Counted from the first letter of the stretch, positions 49,401 to 58,982 are shown. The stretch: 64,000 nucleotides of DNA from Nemertoderma westbladi (GCA_032718475.1 JAUCBJ010002610.1:1-64000); one strand, 5' to 3'. Program-made: numbers and translations. The notes: generated by a model not told the origin, from the sequence alone.

Positions 49401-52400
49401 TACTCACCCTCCTATCTCTCTAGGAACCCAAATCACTTAGTAACTCACCCTCCTATCCCTCTAGGAACCCAAACCAGTTAGTAATTCAACCTCCTATCTC
49501 TCTAGGAACCCAAATCAGTTAGTTACTCACCCTGTTATCTCTCTAAACCCAAATAAGTTAGTAACTCACCCTCCTATCTCTCTAGGAATCCAAATAAGTT
49601 AGTAACTCACCCTCATATCTCTCTAGGGACCCAAATAAGTTAGTAACTCACCCTCGTATCTCTCTAGGAACCCAAATCAGTTAGTAACTCACCCTATTAT
49701 CTCTCTAGGAACCCATATCAGTTAGTAACTCACCTTCATATCTCTCTAGGAACCCAAATCAGTTAGTAACTCACCCTATTATCTCTCTAGGAACCCATAT
49801 CAGTTAGTAACTCACTTTCATATCTCTCTAGGAACCCAAATCAGTTAGTAACTCACCCTGTTATCTCTCTAAACCCAAATCAGTTAGTTACTCACCCTCC
49901 TATCTCTCTAGGAACCCAAATCAGTTAGTAACTCACCCTGTTATCTCTCTAAACCCAAATCAGTTAGTTACTCACCCTCCTATCCCTCTAGGAACCCAAA
50001 TCAGTTAGTAAATCACCCTCCTATCTCTCTAGGAATCCAAATCAGTTATAGTAATTCACCCTCCTATCCCTCTAGGAACCCAAATCAGTTAGTAACTCAC
50101 CCTATTATCTCTCTAGGAACCCATATCAGTTAGTAACTCACCTTCATATCTCTCTAGGAACCCAAATAAGTTAGTAACTCACCCTCATATCTCTCTAGTA
50201 ACCCAAATCAGTTAGTTACTCACCCTCCTATCTCTCTAGGAACCCAAATCAGTTAGTTACTCACCCTCCTATCTCTCTAGGAACCCAAATCAGTTAGTAA
50301 CTCACCCTCATATCTCTCTAGGAACCCAAATCAGTTAGTAACTCACCCTCATATCTCTCTAGGAACCCAAATCAGTTAGTAACTCACCCTCATATCTCTC
50401 TAGGAACCCAAATCAGTTAGTAACTCACCCTCATATCTCTCTAGGAACCCAAATCAGTTAGTAACTCACCCTCGTATCTCTCTAGGAACCCAAATCAGTT
50501 AGTTACTCACCCTCCTATCTCTCTAGGAACCCAAATAAGTTAGTAACTCACCCTCATATCTCTCTAGGAACCCAAATCAGTTAGTTACTCACCCTCCTAT
50601 CTCTCTAGGAACCCAAATCAGTTAGTAACTCACCCTCATATCTCTCTAGGAACCCAAATCAGTTAGTAACTCACCCTCCTATCTCTCTAGGAACCCAAAT
50701 CAGTTAGTTACTCACCCTCCTATCTCTCTAGGAACCCAAATCAGTTAGTAACTCACCCTCCTATCTCTCTAGGAACCCAAATCAGTTAGTTACTCACCCT
50801 CCTATCTCTCTAGGAACCCAAATCAGTTAGTTACTCACCCTCCTATCTCTCTAGGAACCCAAATCAGTTAGTAACTCACCCTCCTATCTCTCTAGGAACC
50901 CAAATCAGTTAGTAACTCACCCTCATATCTCTCTAGGAACCCAAATCAGTTAGTTACTCACCCTCATATCTCTCTAGGAACCCAAATCAGTTAGTAACTC
51001 ACCCTCATATCTCTCTAGGAACCCAAATCAGTTAGTAACTCACCCTCTTATCTCTCTAGGAACCCAAATCAGTTAGTAACTCACCCTCATATCTCTCTAG
51101 GAACCCAAATCAGTTAGTAACTCACCCTCATATCTCTCTAGGAACCCAAATCAGTTAGTAACTCACCCTCCTATCTCTCTAGGAACCCAAATCAGTTAGT
51201 TACTCACCCTCCTATCTCTCTAGGAACCCAAATAAGTTAGTAACTCACCCCCCTATCTCTCTAGGAACCCAAACCAGTTAGTAACTCACCCTGTTATCTC
51301 TCTAAACCCAAATCAGTTAGTTACTCACCCTCCTATCTCTCTAGGAACCCAAATCAGTTATAGTAACTCACCCTCATATCTCTCTAGGAACCCAAATAAG
51401 TTAGTAACTCACCCTCCTATCTCTCTAGGAACCCAAATCAGTTAGTAACTCACCTTCATATCTCTCTAGGAACCCAAACCAGTTAGTAACTCACCCTCCT
51501 ATCCCAGAGGAACCCAAACCAGTTAGTAACTCACCCTCCTATCCCAGAGGAACCACTGTGGATCACAGATATACAAAATGTTGCCGCCACTGCCGCGTCC
51601 ACTGCATTCCCGCCGCTCTGTAGAATTTTCGTACCGACTTGGGAACATTGAGTGGCGTCGCTCGCTACTGCACCGTGCGGGAGAACCTAGAACCATAGTG
51701 AGTGATCAGTGGACATGGACAGGATTAAATTGGATAATATAAAATAAAAAATTAATGAAAGTATAGGCCTATTCTTATAAAATAAACGGAGCGAAAATGT
51801 CGTAATTCAGTGACATGATCCCCCCCCCCCCCCCCCCCTCAAGTTTTCTACAGGTTGGGAAATAGTTGAGTTATGGGCATTCGAATGTTGCATGTAGGCC
51901 TTAGGCCTATTTGTTTCCTATGTATATGTACTAGTATTATGAATATTATGTATTTATTAGATAGAATAAATTGCCTGCACCAGATGCAAAATCATTAAGA
52001 TTTGTAGAAAAATTTGGGGTGGGGTGGGGTGGGGTGGGGGTGGGGTGGGGGTGGGGGTGGGGTGGGGTGGGGTGGGGTGGGGTGGGGTGGGGTGGGGTGG
52101 GGTGGGGTGGGGTGGGGTGGGGGGGGGGGGGGGGGGGGGGTATCACTGAATTACGACACTATATTCCAGGACATGGTGTAAACTGTTAAGTAGTGAGACA
52201 TTACTACTTGCTGACTTGGACTAGGAAATTAAAATTATATTAGAAAATATAAATATTTCATGATTTATTGATTTAAACTCAATTCTTAAACATTAAATAA
52301 CTAATCTTACCAGGATGGTTGATTATATTGGTGGATCAATGATTGATTAACATACAATTTATATTTCAAAAATAAATATATACCGGTATAGAAATAATAA

Positions 52401-55400
52401 TAAACTCACAGGTGGAACTCCTATAACATTTTCCACTATAACACCGATTGTCAAGGCAACTGCGAGAACTATAGAAGAGCCTATAATCACATAAAGTTGA
52501 GTCTTTTCGCTGCCACATTTAGAATCCCATAAACCTCGTCCTTCTGAGCTCAACGGAGTTTTCTCAGACAGATCGCTGTTGCGTGAAGCCAAGGGCAATG
52601 TGTCCGCTACAATTAAAACAGTTAAAACAAATTAGATAGTCTGTCTGACTAATCGGGTTTACCAAAATATCACAGAATCAAAATGGCATTGATAAGATGC
52701 TAAAACATATGAGATAATTGCTATAGGCCTAAGTAAAAATATTCATCAAATTGTCTGCCAGTCTGCCACTCCGACGCTCTACGTATGTTGTTAGGCTCTT
52801 AATAAATGTATACAGTCAAATGGTGTAATCATATACACCATTTCCCATAATACAACAACCATGTTTAGCAAGTCGGAGAGCACCCCCACGCCCCCCCCCC
52901 CCCCAATTTTTTCAAATTTCACTCAAATTTCAATTTCAAATTTGGAATTTTTTGGTGAAATTCAAAACAGTTTTCCGATTCTGGAGATAAAGGCGGTTCC
53001 AATGGTATCCGGATTACAGGTATAACCAAAAGACGAAAAATAAAGTCAATAGAGATGGTAAAATATTGCTTAAGAGGCGTTTTAATGGCTTGTTGTATCG
53101 AAATGCGAAATGGAACAGAAATTGAAAAATCCGGCTCTGCCCGCAGTAAGAAAAGTGGGTACGGGTAGGACTAAAAACCAAAACGGACCCAAACGGCAAC
53201 GGGGAAATACGTAGTTATATCGGATTTATTCATATCACAATGGTGTGGCGAAAAGATCTGGAAATACAATTTACCACTTAATTAATTAATTAATTAATTA
53301 AGTAAGCCCTAAAACCTTAATTGATTTCCTGCATGCCTAGATGTGCTGATACGATGGTACCGGTACAAACTACAAAGGACTTTCAGTTTCTCAGTATAAC
53401 ACCATACACCGTGTGTAGGTTCAGTTTGGGTGAGTTCCAATATTTTGATGATTAAATCGCCACAATGGAGGTTAAACTTTTTACTACTGTAGTATGCTGC
53501 CGCTATGGTCGCTATGGAGAAAACAATCGCCACAACGGAGGTTATACTGTCTGACCGGGGTTGCCGCAAGTTGAGGAAACTATTTCAGTGAAATAGGCCT
53601 ATTTTATTTCCGTTTTATTCACATTCTTCGTAAATTGTATTTCCAGCCACACCGTTTGCCGTTGTGATATTAATATGTCCAATACCGGTCGCCTGTATGG
53701 AATCCATCCAAAAAGTGCGCCGGACAGCGCGCCGACCAATATTTATGCGCTCCGCGCGCCGATGCAATTTCGAAGCAAACCCTGCGTCAACGAAAATTTT
53801 AAGCGTGCCGCACATTGCTGCCAATGTCAGTACTGCTGTACCTGTCCCTGCTGCCCTGTACAGCAGTAGCCTAACCACTGAACCATACAACAGAAAAAAG
53901 AAAGGCGATTGAAGCGAGTCGAAATTTTTAAACAGCTAATGCAATTTTTAAGGCACTTCCGTAATTGTTAAACTAACAAATCGGCGCCGGTTTTTATTTT
54001 TGGGAGCGCCACGCGCCAAAGCCGGCGCGCTTTACGATTTTCGAGCGCGCCACGCGCGCTTTTATTGCAAAGCGCGCTGGATTCCAGTCTGGACCGGTCG
54101 TATAACTCCGAATTTCCCCGTTTGGGTATCGTTTGTGTCCGTTTGGATTATAGTCCTACCGACTGACCGAGAAAAGTTGTGGAACTAATTTTAAAATCAC
54201 TCAATCAATCATCATTTCTAAATTTGAAAAATATTAGGCCGGGCCGGGAGTGCGGGAGATGGTGTATAAACTATAAAGCAGCAAGTTATCCCTTAGGAGA
54301 GTACAGAGTACACTGATACCTATTTGGAGCCGTTTCCCAGCTTGCGGATACCGGGATATGCAGTATGATATGGATAACATTCGGATAACAATCAGATAGC
54401 TGTATAGGCATAAACAAAACTAAAGTATCACATGCTTCAAAGGCTGAAATGGAACTAAACGTAATTATAATTGACAACGTGAACATCACCACAAGGCACT
54501 AGGCAGCAAGCAGGCAAGGGGGCATTAAAGTTTGAGAAACGGTGTGACAGAAGAAAAATCGAATTTGTGTCAAAATTTAGAAAGAGTGAGAAAACCAAAT
54601 TGATTCTAGTCGAAAAACGGGATGAAATGAAATACGGGATGACATTATTTTCATTATATGTCTTTATGTAGGAATGGCAGAATGGAAAGATAGATAGATA
54701 TACTGAACTGTGAGTGAAGGATGATTTAGATTGCAGGGCAATTGTATCAGCATTACACAGTTCTGCAGTTACAATCTTTAACTATCAGACTATTATTGGT
54801 ACAAACAACAATCCAGCAATCAAATCAACCACCTCCCCAAGCAGCGCCAGAGATTACTAGCAAAAATAAACTATCACCAGTCAGCTGGTCAGTCTGTGTT
54901 TGTGTTATTGATTCTCATTCTCACCTTATTTACGATTTATTACAATATATAGCTGTATTGGTTAGAACTTATAATATGCCACTCCACTACCGGTATAAGC
55001 AATAAGTATAACCTGGCCCTTAGGTAGTTAGGCCTAACATTTCAGGATCTATGGAATGACCATAGGACTTAATGACGCAGAACGATATAAGCCATATTCA
55101 TATTCAATGAGTTAGTTAAGTTGCCAAATATGGCAACAACGGCTTTATATCTGTATATAGTTGCCAAATCAGGCAATCAGAAATGTTGCCAGATTTTGCT
55201 TGGTTGCCAAATATGGCAATCACAATCATGTGCAATGTATCATTGTACAATGGCCAAATTTGGCCATTGTACCTAACCTAACTGACATTACAAATACAAA
55301 TTACGAGAATAAGAACAGAATGATGTTTATGAATACAGGAATATGAAGATTGCATGTAAAACTAGGCCTGCCAAAATTGGCAGTACTATCAATTTTGGCA

Positions 55401-55925
55401 GTAAAACTACCAATATTGTAACATGCCAAAATTGGTAATGTGCCCGACTTACAACGGAAGGCAGTAGGCAGTAGGCAGGTAGGCCTATGTTTGGTTGATT
55501 CTGTTTGTTATAACAGTGCCGCATGCCGCGGTGCCGGTATATTTTCCTGCTAAAGCTAAAGTCATGGTTGTTGGTTTCTTATTACTGTAACGGCAGACCG
55601 GCTGACCGTACTGCAGTCTGGCAGTCCAGTCAGCCAGTAGGCCCTATACAGTAATACTGTAATAGGCCTACAGGTGCAGGTATTCTGGTATTCGGCAGTT
55701 CGGTATACAGGCTGACAGGCAGTGAGGCAGGCAGGTCAGCAGGCAGGCAGGTATAGGTATATTATCAGATTATAGGAGTATACTGGTATAGGATAGGATA
55801 GGGCTGTAGCCGCTGTAGGGCGACCAGCCGACAGATCAGCAACTGCAGATAAACAAATACAGAAATACCGTACTGGAACTTCAGAACTTACCTGCACCGT
55901 CACCGGCGCCTTTATTTGAAGCCAT
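8805..55925 (-). CDS. GGT: Gamma-glutamyltransferase / glutathione hydrolase (GGT7-like), 5 coding exons found, 3' part not found in window
   Basis: Spliced translation: MASNKGAGDGA|ADTLPLASRNSDLSEKTPL...YVIIGSSIVLAVALTIGVIVENVIGVPP|VLPHGAVASDATQCSQVGTKILQSGGNAVDAAVAATFCISVIHSGSSGIGG|GGFMIIAPAKQGPIETLDFRTVAP...LTKS|GVKSIAVPGELLGLESAHMRYG. It contains the GGT motifs GAVASD, GGNAVDAA, SGIGGGGF, DFRxxAP and AVPGELxG. Phases 1/0/2/0 match across all four junctions. GGT7-like is inferred from the long cytoplasmic N-terminus before the TM helix. Confidence 0.93.
9943..12845. repeat. Minisatellite of mixed 21-bp (AGATAGTAAGTCGTGTACACT) and 13-bp (GATAGTAAGTCGT) units in GGT intron 4
   Basis: Directly visible; degenerates toward the right end (12710-12845). 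Confidence 0.98.
13419..13542 (-). CDS. GGT: GGT coding exon 4 (GGFMII...DFRTVAP...LTKS)
   Basis: Acceptor TTTTTATGTTACAG, donor TCT|GTTAGT; its first base completes the GG|A glycine codon of exon 3. Confidence 0.93.
13704..13768 (-). pseudogene. tRNA-Thr(UGU)-like sequence, probably a SINE head or tRNA pseudogene
   Basis: Minus strand reads GCAATGGAAAGCGCACTGGGCTTGTAAACCGGAGGTGGTGAGTTCGAGACCCACC, with a CTTGTAA anticodon loop and a GTTCGA B-box/T-loop. No proper acceptor stem is seen. Confidence 0.55.
16034..18618. repeat. 49-bp tandem repeat (GTGTATGATTTAGGTTGCATCATTTGGTAACGCATCATTCCGTAACCGT), ~52 copies
   Basis: Directly visible, constant unit length, only point variants. Confidence 0.98.
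19953..22418 (+). CDS. FBXO41: F-box only protein 41 homolog (N-terminal C2H2-like finger, coiled coil, F-box, LRR-like C-terminus), single coding exon, nested in GGT intron 3
   Basis: 821 aa ORF. CHRCLGRTNFHSYHALKHHLEYEH, ALFLVMGYLDIRHLLHSGAVCREW...RHPALW, GCLEPGIESLL, EVIWALGAGC, LELDH and HVGISDYF all match FBXO41 as I recall it. Candidate acceptor TTTTGTTCAG at ~19921; AATAAA at ~22570, ~22624 and ~22634. Confidence 0.93.
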   Translation: MSQHSSRLSYYPTDVNSPQHKLANISYTASPSASAMRTDERPHLPAPVGQRPQLYANTPPPVPPTWRGTEDDRHLLSAPVGQRPQRYAITPPPMPAWRGSDDYRTMRSETVRNRSPCSEPEYSCHRCLGRTNFHSYHALKHHLEYEHSPESGGARSLGGIRSLGGTRSVGGSPSVEGAPPRTPWWRENINLRYKTGDSNHVISLLDEEAKQLERRLTRAKQTGLNSRLLEPNYKLSSPLWLNRTTPLDNKSQSASPTVAKDRRPPSKVQTWLATSVHSGNSTPLSRQRDKHLASSDEFYALTSQYLDTIKRLRTELSSREQQLTATRMRLEQVAQERESDTSTRREMATNHDLVATLSQQLTLKERQLMEKEKQSAQLQDNLLDLAKKETWAKDQLKDYIDRLIDRTKRAEDEAQYFREQWQELHGSSPPTSLDYQSDPAPVSHPSGAPSSAHPPHYYAAGDETTPTPSSKPASLSSYTPDVGEFPFSNRVDNPELQRVRKKALFLVMGYLDIRHLLHSGAVCREWLTLSRHPALWRYVTLSRSRICSRFIKGLSRWCTQIRSLCLHGLRGRKQRAGEPHSEYLRELQGCLEPGIESLLRACHQSLTAVVIVDCGNIVTDRVVWLLGCHTRNLEKLTYMSSYEPPGAEVIWALGAGCPKIWYMRVNALFPCHQPYKFDDECLRMVAQCWPLLKVLSIGGPAVTLNGLLGVVSACQKLQFLELDHIFEMTESSAEKLCNQGLYALETFEITFTKITPQCIMYVNSACPHLSSLSIHVGISDYFDNVDDPKNVETYNRLINDLHELNQQSVMKNVLRIKSDYG
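23124..23344. mobile_element. Small MITE-like element
   Basis: Inverted termini CATGTGAAGAATACCAG ... CTGGTATTCTTCACATG (17 bp perfect, extending imperfectly). No clear TSD. Confidence 0.55.
24078..24283 (+). mobile_element. Non-autonomous Helentron/HINE-like element (short copy)
   Basis: GCGAGCCAC...CCTTAGCG head, hairpin AAAAATGTTCCCT-accgc-AGGGAACATTTT, (GTCT/GTCG)n microsatellite, 3' GGCC-gcta-GGCC hairpin followed by TTTCTAGTT. Confidence 0.55.
25615..26556. repeat. ~940-bp imperfect palindrome (foldback-type non-autonomous element)
   Basis: 25815-26013 is the inverted copy of 26072-26273, and 25618-25760 is the inverted copy of 26405-26554. Confidence 0.85.
27456..28202. mobile_element. 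Non-autonomous hAT element (MITE), 747 bp
   Basis: TIRs TAGGGATGTGGCGAATGTC / GACATTCGCAACATCCCTA; perfect 8-bp TSD GTATATAT (27448-27455, 28203-28210); subterminal CCGCAT/ATCCGC repeats. TAGGGATG ends and an 8-bp TSD are typical of Ac-like hAT elements. Confidence 0.9.
28780..29060. repeat. Degenerate C-rich repeat (TTCCCCGCATTGTCCCAGTCC-like units)
   Basis: The motif CCCCGCATTGTC recurs at ~28787, ~28915 and ~29005, among many TGTCCC subunits. Confidence 0.7.
29085..30700 (+). mobile_element. 5'-truncated, frameshifted CRE-clade-like non-LTR retrotransposon (RT C-terminal half + zinc knuckle + restriction-like endonuclease)
   Basis: WYADDASAAG (RT active site), GYFPEPTKTYL, RFLGGYIG, LPVRHGGIGL, then HALSCKSGGLIIKRHDE and RADLVARGVW...FDIAIINADATSY...FTPLV (RLE). 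Frame breaks near 29850-29975. The first ~140 aa of the listed 439-aa ORF are flanking read-through. Confidence 0.85.
31571..34618 (-). pseudogene. Transposase split into three overlapping ORFs (33098-34618, 32416-33162, 31571-32419)
   Basis: Motifs VCQKFILTTLG, HYRYEHAPNRRYLP, SADLQKVIMLP, WLDNCGAQNKN and HSSMSADNLH. Frame changes near 33150 and 32450. Confidence 0.8.
33543..34496 (-). repeat. 30-bp in-frame tandem repeat (QGDSVELGMA) in the transposase N-terminus, ~32 copies
   Basis: Unit AGTTCGACCGAGTCACCCTGGGCCATTCCA; the shorter variants are also multiples of 3. Confidence 0.95.
35631..51554 (-). repeat. ~16-kb satellite, 41-bp unit (minus strand GTGAGTTACTAACTGATTTGGGTTCCTAGAGAGATAGGAGG), roughly 390 copies, derived from the GGT exon3/intron3 junction
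   Basis: The array runs continuously into the last 20 nt of exon 3. The exon-proximal unit repeats GGTTCCTCTGGGATAGGAGG|GTGAGT exactly. Confidence 0.98.
51535..51686 (-). CDS. GGT: GGT coding exon 3 (VLPHGAVASD...SGIGG)
   Basis: Acceptor TTCTAG, donor GGAGG|GTGAGT; 152 nt, ends in phase 2. Not in the ORF track. Confidence 0.95.
52015..52140 (+). repeat. (GGGGT)n microsatellite plus poly-G
   Basis: Directly visible. Flanked by short inverted motifs GTCGTAATTCAGTGA (~51800) / TCACTGAATTACGAC (~52143), also seen near 25162. Confidence 0.95.
52410..52606 (-). CDS. GGT: GGT coding exon 2 (cytoplasmic tail + transmembrane anchor)
   Basis: Acceptor TTTAATTGTAG, donor CCT|GTGAGT; encodes hydrophobic helix YVIIGSSIVLAVALTIGVIV. 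Confidence 0.88.
52833..54270. mobile_element. Degenerate element with long imperfect inverted repeats in GGT intron 1
   Basis: 53160-53222 is an inverted match of 54100-54162; TACACCATTTCCC (~52834) pairs with GGGAGATGGTGTA (~54254). A GCGCGC-rich segment at 53700-54090 may be a nested element. Confidence 0.5.
55892..55925 (-). CDS. GGT: GGT coding exon 1 (MASNKGAGDGA)
   Basis: ATG at 55925 and donor CAG|GTAAGT. The 34 nt give phase 1, matching the 2 leading nt of exon 2. Assigned by phase and splice consensus only. Confidence 0.7.
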
Positions 55926-56144
55926 TGCAAATGTGTTCAGGCACCCGACAGCCCGACCGGGTATCAGCAAGTTAAGACACAATCACTGAATTATGTTGAT
56001 TTTAGTACATAGTCCTGTCAGCCTGTTGTCAGATAGTACCGGTACTGTGATACAGTACTACAGTAGTACTGTAGTAGGCCTAACGCTGTACCGTACTGCC
56101 GTATGCTATGCTGGACTGGTAGCCTATCCTATATACTGATACTA

Positions 56145-56900
56145 TTCGACTGGGCGACCGACAACAGACTGAGTTTGAACTTTGACAAGAATAAATCAAT
56201 TTTATTTGGGACACATCAATGTCTAGTCGACAACTGTGAATTGAAAGTATTTTGTAATGGGATCCACATAGAACAGCAAAAATCTATTAAATACTTGGGT
56301 TGTTATTTAGACGCTGACTTTTCTGGAGATACCATGGCATCGCATGTCATTACAAAGGGGAACAAGACACTATGAAATTTATTTACAGACATGGGGCAGA
56401 TTTAGACGGTTATACACGTCGTCTTCTATGTAACGCTCTCATACAACCCCACTTGGGTTTCGTTTCCTCCTGTTGGTATCCAAGTGCTTCTAAACGGCTA
56501 CAGCTGCAACTGCAAGCACTGCAAAGAAAATGTATTCGTTTTTGTCTAGGTCTCGGAAGTAGAACGCACATTGGCCAAGAGCATTATAATGAAATCTCAT
56601 GGCTTCCGATAGAATCTCGCATCGATCATCAGCTAACAGCCAATCATGTATCGTATAACACAGTCGCTACCTTCCTCGTATCTCTCATCATTATTGGTCC
56701 AGTTCAACTCTGTATCGGTTAATCTCTGACATGGATGTACTCGCGATGTGCCTTGCGACGAACTATAACGAAGTGAATGCTTCTCGTTTCTAGGGCCGTT
56801 GATATGGAACTCGCTACCATTGGATGTAAGAAACTCTGTCTCCCTGGAAACGTTCAAACACAAAGTCAAGAATTACTTTACTCGACAAACTGGCAATGAA
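56145..56900 (+). mobile_element. 3' fragment of a CR1/L2-group LINE (end of RT and C-terminal region), frameshifted
   Basis: DWATDNRLSLNFDKNKSILFG...IKYLGCYLD... then FIYRH...LLCNALIQPHL...WYP...LQRKCIRF...WLPIESRI, and FLGPLIWNSLPLDVR...FKHKVK near the 3' end. Confidence 0.85.
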
Positions 56901-56989
56901 GGATAACTCGATTTTGAATTAATAAATTTGCAAGTTATGGTTTCCAACTTTTAATTATTTTTTGCGTTAAATTTCAGTTGTAATTATTT

Positions 56990-57500
56990 GCACTATTTGC
57001 TGCTTTATTTTATTTATTTTTTAAATTACATACTGTCTACCATATTTTAATCCGTAATGTTTTATTACGTCATAACTATTTTTTTTATTTTCTTTTTACC
57101 TATGTTTTACATATTTCTATTTTACGACCTATTTGCTGCTTTATTTTCAAATTACGGTCTACCATACTTTATTCCTTGTGTGTGTATCTCTGTACTTAAT
57201 AACTATTGCTATATTTATTGCCTATGTTTTACATATCTCGATTTTATGACATATTTGCTGCTTTATTTTTAAATTCTTTCTGTTATATTTTTAAATTTCT
57301 AACTGAACTACGGTCTACCATATTTTATTTATTTGTTCTGTTATATTTCTATCTGCACCGGAACTTCATTTTTTATTTATTTTTTAATTACATACTATGT
57401 CTTCCATATTTTATTTCTTTGTGTCAGTCGGTACATCATAACTATTGCTATTGCTATATCTATAACTTAATTTTCTATTGTTTTCCATATTTCGTGTTGC
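56990..57500. repeat. Degenerate AT-rich repeat, 3-4 copies of ~120-150 bp
   Basis: TATTTGCTGCTTTATTTT at ~56995, ~57130 and ~57252; GTCTACCATA recurs with similar spacing. Confidence 0.6.
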
Positions 57501-58810
57501 TGTTATATATTTTTAATTACGTACAGTAGGTACTTGGTAATTGCCAAGTTATAGACTGGGATCTCTCTCGCAAATAACATTTTACCCAGCTGATGCTCCT
57601 TTCACAGAATACAACACAAACTCTTTCCCTGGATTCAATGAAATTGAATGTCTATTACAGTAAGTTCCTGGGAAATCTGGCTTCCTGAATGACTTTTTTG
57701 TTATACAGTAGTGTACATGTGCAGTTTTGCGCTTGAAAAATTGCCTTTTTAATAATTTATTGTGAACATATTATTCTATTGTTAGTTGGCTCCCAGACAC
57801 GCGTAAGAGCGCCTGGCTTGCTAGTGCTGAAACAATTGGAACATTGACTACTAGGGTCTAGGGATAAATTCCTTTTTACACAGAGTTCAAGTGTTAACTG
57901 TAGGTTTGCTTAGGAAAATAGTCTATTTGCTATTCGTGTGCAGCCAACTGTACTAGCGCCCCGACGAGTATCCCTTACAGCATGAAGTAAACGAATGCCT
58001 GCCGGCCGACCTCATGGTACTTGATATGTCTTAACGCGCTAAAAAGCGCCGCAGAAACCTGTCGATAAACATAAATGCAAATCGAACAAATACTAAACAT
58101 CATTTGATAAATTAAGAGTTTATTTCATTGGAATATTTATGTTTACAAATTGTGAAATGCTTTTAAATATGAACATCAAATGAATAAATTTCAATAGTAA
58201 ATACTATCAATAAAGCTACTCTATTACAGTATTACAATCTTTTCCATCAGAAAAATCATGGAGAATGCTCTGTAAAACGATTCATTATACAACGTTATTT
58301 TCACTCTGAACTGAATATACAGTATCTACTGTATATTGTTATTCGTATATATGTTTACTGTCACCTCACAATGAACCGTTTAATAGGCAGATAATCCTTA
58401 CATGATTTCACCCATTTTTCCATTCCTTATAGAGTTTGTAACACTTTCTACCTACCAACTGAGTATAAACTCCTTACACTAGTTCGACCCCCTCTCTCCA
58501 TTCCTTACATGATTTCAACGACCAATCAAAATATAGCACATTAACCAATCCCAGGCACCAATTCATGATGTGTTCCTACTAGTAGTGTAAGGATTGGGAA
58601 TACGCCACCGGGTGATGGCAGAGTGAGTTATGTACTTTAAAACAACTTTCTGACTTTTGCATTGGCAGCTTGGCATCGATGTCATAGAAGTCCACAGTCA
58701 AAATACCAGTACTCAAAAATATTATTAGTATTCTCCATTCCTCGCTCCTCAGCGGTTAGTACATTTTGCCCGTAGCGCTAATGCAGTGCGTTACCAAAAG
58801 TCGAGGTTGT

Positions 58811-58982
58811 CATTAATTTTTGTGATCCCTTACAATTGTTTGTGGCCCTCATTAATGTTTGTGATCCCTTATTATTGTATGTGGCCCTCATTAATGTTTG
58901 TGATCCCTTATTAATGTTTGTGTCCCTTATTAATGTTTGTGATCCCTTATAATTGTTTGTGGCCCTCATTAATGTTTGTGAT
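58811..58982. repeat. 39-bp tandem repeat (dimer of ~19-20-bp subunits), ~4.5 copies
   Basis: CATTAATGTTTGTGATCCCTTATTATTGTATGTGGCCCT. Confidence 0.9.

Noticed and set aside
35631-51534. Reading each unit as a genuine 29-nt intron plus 12-nt exon of a giant repetitive protein
   Set aside because: The branch point directly abuts the donor, 29 nt is below usual animal intron sizes, and a large share of the stubs carry an in-frame TGA.
16034-51554. CRISPR-like appearance of the 49-bp and 41-bp arrays
   Set aside because: Units are head-to-tail with no unique spacers, there are no cas genes, and the context is eukaryotic and spliced.
57590-57659. Possible plus-strand exon (TTTTACCCAG...CA|GTAAGT; DAPFTEYNTNSFPGFNEIECLL)
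   Set aside because: No recognisable homology and no partner exons found.
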